DNA of 64,000 bases from Bacillota bacterium (GTDB lineage Bacteria; Bacillota; Sulfobacillia; Fermentithermobacillales; Fermentithermobacillaceae). Below the pieces are notes generated by a model. The model was given only the letters and a program-made list of their open reading frames with translations, searched no databases and was not told the DNA's origin. Below are positions 57,684-64,000 of the stretch, in pieces; position 1 is the first letter of the stretch, and each line of letters starts with the position of its first letter. Made by a program: the position numbers and the translations under genes. Location of the stretch: contig JAPXLN010000001.1 of the NCBI GenBank assembly GCA_033809515.1, positions 158,101-222,100 on the forward strand, read 5' to 3'.

Positions 57684-60491
57684 TTAGGGGATGTCTAGCA
57701 ATGTGTGTTCCAGGCCCATCTTTTGAGCAATCTCTACCTCCCTTCCGTGGGTGAACATCACTATCTGGTGACTGGATGCAAGGGAAGCAAGGATCTGCAG
57801 AGCACCCTCAAGTCTCTTGTCATCATACTGAACAAACGAATCGTCCAGAAAAAACGGGAAGCTACTCTTCCTCAACACAGCCTCAGCTAACGCAACTCTC
57901 AAGGCGAAATAGCATTGATCGACGGTCCCACCTGAAAGTGAAGTCACAGGAACCTGGTTTCCCCCCTCGGGGTGGACCAAGCTTAGCTCAAGGTCAGGAG
58001 ATACCTTGACCTCAATGTACCTGTCTCCGGTCAGCGTGGAAATAATGCTGCTGACCCTCGAACTCAGAACCGGGGCAAAACTCCTTCTCACATGCCTTGA
58101 TAGCTCATCCAGAGTACAGTAGGCAAGGTCCAGTCCGTCACGTACAAGCTCCAAGTCCCCGGCAGCTTCCCTGGCCCGGTCCAGATCCTCCTGAATCTCG
58201 GCCGAAGACCGTCCCTGACTGCTTTTCATGCTTATGCTGTTTTCGATCACCAAGAGTTTGGAATCAATCTGACCCAGATCATTCCTTAAGCTTTCTACCT
58301 GCTTGCGTTTCTCCTCAAGCTCTTTCTCAGTAACCTGGAACCCTTGGATAGACCCATCCACATGATCTAGCTCATGGTCCACTTTGGAAAGAAGCGCCTT
58401 CACTTCCTCCTGGACTTCCCGACAATCCCTTCCGGACAGCAATGCACTCTTCCTGGCCAAAGTCTCACTGAGGGCCTTTGAAGCTTGATCGTAAGCTCTC
58501 TGGGCCCGGGCCTTGTTCTGGAACTCTCGGGCTGAAGCTACACCCGCCATATCGAAAATCGCCTTTTGCCGGGCTTCAGCCTCCAGCTGATTGGCGGCGA
58601 GTCTGTTGCATAGGTCCTCCATCTCACTGTCCCGCTCATCCAAAAGCTTGAGCGTTCTTTCCAGAGACTGTATCTCAGCTAGTTTCTTCTTGAGGGCATC
58701 AACTGCTCCGTCTGCTATGGCCTCACCAACTTTCAGACAGCCTGACGAGTAGAGAATAGCTGCCAGTTCCTTTTCGGCAACTGAAAACTCCTGAGAAGCT
58801 TCGAACCAGTTGCCATGGGCCACCTCGTAGTTGCCTTGTGCATGCCTAAGTCTGACCCTGTAGTCCTCGACTTCCCGGGCCAGAATACGCAACTGTGAAG
58901 TGGAACTGACACCCAGTGTAGACAGGAATTCACTTAGAACCTGCTGGGCGCTTTCTACCACAAGCGCTTGCTGTTGGACTTCCTTCACCCTAGCATCTGC
59001 AAGCTCTTGCTCCTGTGCTTTGGCCTGCCATATCTTCCTGTACCTGTAGCTCCCTGCAGCAAATATTGCCAGGGCGACTCCGAACAAGTAAAGGCTTGGG
59101 GGCCAGCCCATGACTGTCAGCACTACGGCCATGCCCACAATGCCAAGAGCCAGTGCATACAGCCATCCGGAAGCACTGCTCGGGTTTATGGATAGCACTG
59201 CCGCTCTTGATTTCTCCGCTTCTAGCTCCAGAAGACTTTTCTGTGATTCTGCCATGCGGCAAGTCTCCATATACTCGTCAGCGGTCTTCAGGAGCCCTTG
59301 ATCGATTTCTGCGTCTTTCAAACCTTTGGAGAGGCCCTCTTCTTCTATCTCACGGAGGGCGCGCCGGGCATCGTTGGCGGCCCTTCCAGCTTTGGCAGCG
59401 GCGGCTTTGGCTGCAAGAAAACGAGCATAAAGCGATGCTACACCTGCCTCATCCCACCCTGCAACCGTAGAACTCTCAAGGTCTTCAAGACTTAAGCGAA
59501 GGGCAGCCCTCTTCTCAGAAGCTGCGTCAAGTTCCTCTCTGAGGTGACTCAGCCGGAGAGATGCTGAATCTATCTCCTGATTGGCCCGGGCAAACCCATC
59601 TTCCAGGTCGGTGGGGAAATCCTTGGCCCAGAAGGTCTCGCTGACAACGCTTCTGTAGATTTCAGCCTGCTCCTCAAGGTCGTCGATCTGAGCAAGAATC
59701 CCTTTCAGAAACCTGTACCTAGCAAGTTCAAGCTCGGCCTCGCCCTTTTGGAGTTCATCCTGGAGAAGGCCCTTTTTTTTCCTGCATTCGCTGGCCTCAA
59801 CAAGCCATTCCCTGATCTCTGCTTCCCCGGCCATAGCGTGGGCTGCTTCTCCTTCAAGATCCTCAACAGACCTGAGAACCAAGTCCAACTCAGCCTTGGT
59901 GCTGCGCGGACTCTTGATGCGGTTTCTCGCCTCAATAAGCACCCCCAGAGCTTTTCCCAGCGCAACATCCTCGGTGCCTCCGTAAACAATACTCTCCAGC
60001 TTCCCCTGGATCTCAGGCCCCAGACCAGCCTCCTGAACGCTCCCTAACTGCTCCACCCAAACCGTATTGCGGAACTCCTTCTGAGAAAGGCCTAGATGCT
60101 CTGCCACAAAGTCGTACTCTTTCCTGGTGTCCTGGGAAAAGGACCGTGTCAGGTCCTCACCTGTGCTGTCATCATAGATCCTCACCACGTCCGGGTCGAA
60201 GGATCGCTCAAGCCTAAACCTTTGGCCATCATTTTCATAAACCATGACCCCCCGGTACTCCTTACCTTTCCAGGGCCTGTATCTCTCATACTCAGGAGTG
60301 CGATATACCCTTGTAACACCTTCTTTCTTGAATCCATATAGCATCCCAAGTATGAATGCTCCCAGGGTTGACTTCCCTGCCTCATTTTCGCCCATAATGA
60401 TGTTCAGTCCGTCTGAAAGGACAAGGGGCTCATCAGAACTGAACTTTCCAAAAGCTACGGGCATAAGCCATACCAGCTTCAACCCGAGCAC
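57684..60491 (-). CDS. YhaN/SbcC-like AAA ATPase with long coiled coils.
   Basis: N-terminal Walker A (GENEAGKST), an extensive coiled coil with one TM insertion, and a C-terminal ABC signature/D-loop region. Overlaps the upstream nuclease gene. Confidence 0.7.
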   Translation of the reverse strand: MLGLKLVWLMPVAFGKFSSDEPLVLSDGLNIIMGENEAGKSTLGAFILGMLYGFKKEGVTRVYRTPEYERYRPWKGKEYRGVMVYENDGQRFRLERSFDPDVVRIYDDSTGEDLTRSFSQDTRKEYDFVAEHLGLSQKEFRNTVWVEQLGSVQEAGLGPEIQGKLESIVYGGTEDVALGKALGVLIEARNRIKSPRSTKAELDLVLRSVEDLEGEAAHAMAGEAEIREWLVEASECRKKKGLLQDELQKGEAELELARYRFLKGILAQIDDLEEQAEIYRSVVSETFWAKDFPTDLEDGFARANQEIDSASLRLSHLREELDAASEKRAALRLSLEDLESSTVAGWDEAGVASLYARFLAAKAAAAKAGRAANDARRALREIEEEGLSKGLKDAEIDQGLLKTADEYMETCRMAESQKSLLELEAEKSRAAVLSINPSSASGWLYALALGIVGMAVVLTVMGWPPSLYLFGVALAIFAAGSYRYRKIWQAKAQEQELADARVKEVQQQALVVESAQQVLSEFLSTLGVSSTSQLRILAREVEDYRVRLRHAQGNYEVAHGNWFEASQEFSVAEKELAAILYSSGCLKVGEAIADGAVDALKKKLAEIQSLERTLKLLDERDSEMEDLCNRLAANQLEAEARQKAIFDMAGVASAREFQNKARAQRAYDQASKALSETLARKSALLSGRDCREVQEEVKALLSKVDHELDHVDGSIQGFQVTEKELEEKRKQVESLRNDLGQIDSKLLVIENSISMKSSQGRSSAEIQEDLDRAREAAGDLELVRDGLDLAYCTLDELSRHVRRSFAPVLSSRVSSIISTLTGDRYIEVKVSPDLELSLVHPEGGNQVPVTSLSGGTVDQCYFALRVALAEAVLRKSSFPFFLDDSFVQYDDKRLEGALQILASLASSHQIVMFTHGREVEIAQKMGLEHTLLDIP

Positions 60492-61669
60492 CTCCTCCGC
60501 AAAAGGACCTTGCCCTGCCTCAAGGTGTCAAGGCCGTAATAGATGGCTAGCTCTGCAGCCTTGGCCCCTCTCACATCACCGGAGGTTTCCCGGTCAGAAA
60601 TGATAGATTGCATGCGCCTGACAAACCGGGCCTCCAGCGTATCCTTGCCGCCTGCAACTTCATCCAGGTCATAGCCGGGCAGATACTCGGGAACGAGCCG
60701 CAGGTAGAAAAACTCTCTCTCCATGTCCCGCTCCAGACCGGCTGTATCGATCTCCAGCTCCGGCGCCAGGACTCCGGTGAGATTGACAGACCAGAAATCC
60801 CGCTGTCGCGCTTCCTCAGTATCAAGGCTCAGGACTCTGTTCATGATCTGTTCGCTCGTATCGAAACCTGAAATATCAACATTTACAGTCCGCATCTGCC
60901 TTTGACACAGGGGGATGAATCGCGGTTCCACTGTATATCTTTCTTGCAGGTTCCGTTCTGCAGTTACAAGGTATATACCTCGTTCTCCGCTGTCTCCGAA
61001 ATCAAGAGGTTCCGGACACCCGGGATAAACTGCAATCGCCTCCCCGATCTGCACTGCCGCAGGTGCATGAACATGCCCAAGAGCTACGTAGTCAGCTCCG
61101 AAATCCCGGATATCGCCGTAGGGAATGGGCAAGTACTGGAATGCCGAAGCAACCGGGTCTGCCGGTGCAGGAACCAGTTGGCCGTGAATAACCAGTATGT
61201 TCAGTAGATCCTTGCATCGAACGGTGCATCCTTGCAGAACCCGGTCTCTCTCAACGAAAGATGCCCACCCAAACCCGTAGACTGCTGCTCCCAGTTCACT
61301 CAAAACGACCTCTTCCAGGGCCGGAGAGCGGAAGATCCTTACGTTTTCCGGCCAGGTAAGGCTGTGGTACAGGGAATCCCTTACAATAGGGTCATGATTG
61401 CCCGGAGATATGAACACCTTTGTACCCGGAATTGTCGAAAACAGGGCCGCCGCCTGACGAACCCAAGCGGGACCGGTGTACAGATGCTCAAACAAATCTC
61501 CTGCGACAAGAAGAATATGGGCTCGTTCTTCATGGGTTATCTCAACAATGCGTTCCAGGCTCTTCTCAATCTCCCAGCGCCTTAGTGACGCTTTCTCCCG
61601 GCTAAGCGAGGCCGGCGCCGGACGCCCCGCATGGACATCGGCACAGTGTATGATCTTGAGCATGCTCAA
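60479..61669 (-). CDS. YhaO/SbcD-like metallophosphoesterase (DNA repair exonuclease).
   Basis: Calcineurin-like motifs (CADVHAG, GDLFE, GNHD, GHVH). Confidence 0.7.
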   Translation of the reverse strand: MSMLKIIHCADVHAGRPAPASLSREKASLRRWEIEKSLERIVEITHEERAHILLVAGDLFEHLYTGPAWVRQAAALFSTIPGTKVFISPGNHDPIVRDSLYHSLTWPENVRIFRSPALEEVVLSELGAAVYGFGWASFVERDRVLQGCTVRCKDLLNILVIHGQLVPAPADPVASAFQYLPIPYGDIRDFGADYVALGHVHAPAAVQIGEAIAVYPGCPEPLDFGDSGERGIYLVTAERNLQERYTVEPRFIPLCQRQMRTVNVDISGFDTSEQIMNRVLSLDTEEARQRDFWSVNLTGVLAPELEIDTAGLERDMEREFFYLRLVPEYLPGYDLDEVAGGKDTLEARFVRRMQSIISDRETSGDVRGAKAAELAIYYGLDTLRQGKVLLRRRCSG

Positions 61670-61754
61670 TCCTCCGGAATGCTTCCATGTGTTTCTATGT
61701 GACCTTACACTTCTACTGTGCCCTGTTCATATCCTTCACGCTGGTCTTTAATGT

Positions 61755-62768
61755 CTAGCAAGATGAGCAACGTTCTCTGGAAGCTCCTGGCGACAGCTGC
61801 GACAGATCTGCCCACTTCCCGCACCTTGAGCCCCACCTGGCCACAGGACAGTCATCAATGAGGATCTCTTGTATCTCGCACGAATTGGCGCAATCGCCGC
61901 ATTCAAACCCCTGGCTTCTTGCAGAAAATGCAGCGATTCTTGCGACACCTTTGAACCCGGTGCCCGGGTAGGCTGCTCCCTGAGCCTTCTCCGCTGCAAG
62001 GATCGCTGCTCCCCAGGCTCCCATGACTTTGTAGTGGGGAGGCACCGTGATGGGTAAGCCCAAACTCGTTTCGAGGGCCCGCAATATACCGGCGTTAGCA
62101 GCTACTCCTCCTTGAAACAGGACTCTGGGCTTAATAACCTTTCCCCGGGCTACATTGGTTATGTAGTTGGTGGCAAGCGCGTTGCACAGGCCGGCGACAA
62201 GATCCTCTTTTCTGTAGCCCATCTGCTGTTTGTGAATAAGGTCGGACTCAGCGAAGACTCCGCACCGGCCGGCGATTCGTGCAGGAGCTTTAGACCTTAG
62301 GGCCCAGCTGCCGAATTCCTCAATGGGTATTCCTAGACGGGCCGCCTGGTGATCGAGGAAGGAACCCGTTCCCGCAGCACATACCGTGTTCATGTTAAAG
62401 CCGGTAGGGTACCCATCCTGGAAGAACACGATCTTAGAATCTTGTCCCCCTATGTCAATGAGAGTGCCCACGTCAGGAAACAGGTGCGATGCAGCACGGG
62501 CATGACATGAGATCTCGTTCTTGACCACGTCCGCCCCTACGATTACTGAGGCCAGTTCCCGTCCTGAACCCGTGACTCCACATGCCCTTACACGGTCAAG
62601 AAACCCCTCCCGCTGCAGATCTCTGAAAGCTTCTTGCAGCGCCCAAATAGGACCTCCTTCATTGCGAAGGTAGTCCTCGAAGACAATGCGCGAATCTGCC
62701 GTCGTCAAAACCAGTTTGGTGGTGACGCTTCCAACGTCAATTCCAAGGAATCTCCCTTCTCTGTCCAT
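61755..62768 (-). CDS. BadF/BadG/BcrA/BcrD-type ATPase (CoA-substrate-specific enzyme activase, HgdC-like) with a Cys-rich C-terminal extension.
   Basis: N-terminal GIDVGSVTTKLVL actin-fold ATPase motif. C-terminal cysteine cluster. Confidence 0.65.
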   Translation of the reverse strand: MDREGRFLGIDVGSVTTKLVLTTADSRIVFEDYLRNEGGPIWALQEAFRDLQREGFLDRVRACGVTGSGRELASVIVGADVVKNEISCHARAASHLFPDVGTLIDIGGQDSKIVFFQDGYPTGFNMNTVCAAGTGSFLDHQAARLGIPIEEFGSWALRSKAPARIAGRCGVFAESDLIHKQQMGYRKEDLVAGLCNALATNYITNVARGKVIKPRVLFQGGVAANAGILRALETSLGLPITVPPHYKVMGAWGAAILAAEKAQGAAYPGTGFKGVARIAAFSARSQGFECGDCANSCEIQEILIDDCPVARWGSRCGKWADLSQLSPGASRERCSSC

Positions 62769-62770
62769 GG

Positions 62771-63982
62771 TTAGCTCCTCGCCTGTCTCCTTCCAGCAAG
62801 TAGATCACAAAAAGCTTCAAGTCTCGTAATAAATCCTGCCCGGGCAGTCTGCTCAGAGATCATCAAAGACATCACCGGGAAATCAAGATCACTGGAGACT
62901 CTCATGAGAATACTCTGGGCGATAATCTCGGGCATGCATGTAAACGGGAAAAGGTGTATTGCACCGTCAAAGCTACGTCTCCTGGCTAAGACAACCTCTC
63001 CCACTGATTCCTGACCGTGACCGCCAACATTGACCCCCAGGTACCGGGAAGCAGCTTCAGTAACAGTACGGTAGACTCTCGCTCCTCCTGGGGTCTTAAT
63101 CAAGTGACTGGTGACCCATCCTGTTACGTCCAGACTCCTATATACCCGAACTCTGTGCTCCAGAGAACCCAGGAGTTTCTCTACGCTCTTGTTGACAAAA
63201 GGCTCGTTAAGCACATATATCTCGCCGACCAAGGCTACTCGCAGCGGTGCAACTTCGACCAGGGGTATGTCCTTCAGATCCTTTGTGAACCGCTTGAGAG
63301 CTCTAACGCAGGAACTGACGGAAGATGCCAACTCTATCTCCTTCAGAAACCGGTCGTGCAGGATTTCGCTCTCACCTCGCCGCATCTCCCTGGCCCGCAT
63401 TTCCCTGAGTATGTCGGCAGCCCGATCTATGGCAGCTAGTTTGGTAAGGGCAAGCCCCGCAGCTTTCAGCAGTGACCCCGGCCCATACCTCCCTCCAAGC
63501 TCACGGCCACGCTCCATGAACTCCTTGCCCTTCTCCTTCCAGGGAAACGGTGAATCAAAAGCTACGATCCGAATATCGTAACCGTTTCGCTGCAGTATGC
63601 TTTCCATTGCTTGAGCATACCAGCCAAGGCGACAACGCCCTTTGCCCTGAACCATAAGGATCCGCCTGATTCCTTTTTCCGCCATGACCCTTATTTGGCC
63701 CAACAGAGTAACCATGGGATAACAGATGAACTCAGGGGCAATCTGTTTTCCCAGATCCACCACTTCGTCACTAAGGGCCGGAGGCAAGGCTATTTCAACA
63801 TCGACGCCTTGCAGAAGCGAGGCAATGGGAATGCCCAAGTTCCCCATGTCAACCAACCCCAGTGGATCAGGAGAACCTCTCCCGTTTGCAGACCTGCCGG
63901 AAGGGCTAGCTACAGAACTGCTGCGTTCTCTAGCTTTCTTCTTTGTACCGGTTCTCTGAACAGAGTCAAGGAATGCCTCCAC
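62771..63982 (-). CDS. Activase-associated DUF2229-like protein (2-hydroxyacyl-CoA dehydratase-related). The N-terminus may lie beyond the window.
   Basis: Adjacent to the activase ATPase. Sequence pattern consistent with the activase-associated uncharacterised domain. The ORF runs to within 18 nt of the window end. Confidence 0.45.
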   Translation of the reverse strand: MEAFLDSVQRTGTKKKARERSSSVASPSGRSANGRGSPDPLGLVDMGNLGIPIASLLQGVDVEIALPPALSDEVVDLGKQIAPEFICYPMVTLLGQIRVMAEKGIRRILMVQGKGRCRLGWYAQAMESILQRNGYDIRIVAFDSPFPWKEKGKEFMERGRELGGRYGPGSLLKAAGLALTKLAAIDRAADILREMRAREMRRGESEILHDRFLKEIELASSVSSCVRALKRFTKDLKDIPLVEVAPLRVALVGEIYVLNEPFVNKSVEKLLGSLEHRVRVYRSLDVTGWVTSHLIKTPGGARVYRTVTEAASRYLGVNVGGHGQESVGEVVLARRRSFDGAIHLFPFTCMPEIIAQSILMRVSSDLDFPVMSLMISEQTARAGFITRLEAFCDLLAGRRQARS

Positions 63983-64000
63983 CCTTGTAACAAGCCCTGC

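Noticed and set aside
1-64000. Looked for a CRISPR array, transposase, integrase, prophage or rRNA.
   Set aside because: No short regularly spaced repeats, no transposase- or integrase-like ORFs and no rRNA-like sequence were seen. The only mobile element is the nrdJ intein.

Overview
Both-strand read of a 64 kb window (about 55% GC) that looks like a spore-forming Firmicute (Clostridia-like). Supporting markers are a gerA-type germinant receptor operon, sigI-rsgI, yhaO/yhaN, an AbrB-like regulator and a T-box leader on serS.

The first 8.1 kb is the unusual part. It holds three tandem copies, all on the minus strand, of a four-gene cassette encoding predicted membrane proteins of about 277, 220, 280 and 206 aa that I cannot assign to any characterised family. 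The two internal units each carry their own near-consensus sigma-A promoter and a GC-rich intrinsic terminator, and the array-entry unit has its own divergent upstream region. Copies A and C are >99.8% identical over the 1,136 bp that overlap in this window. Copy B is only about 75-80% identical at protein level. The array probably continues beyond the left edge of the window.

The rest of the window is mostly recognisable housekeeping and accessory genes. Highlights are an HcnABC/opine-oxidase-like FAD/Fe-S oxidoreductase operon with a PucR-family regulator, gerAA/AB/AC, tRNA-Leu(CAA), a solitary oadB-like gene, dnaE, a heterodimeric ABC exporter pair, a DinG-like helicase, nrdR plus a class II ribonucleotide reductase interrupted by a 410-aa LAGLIDADG intein, and a response regulator followed by a decayed histidine kinase.

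No rRNA, CRISPR array, transposase or integrase was seen.
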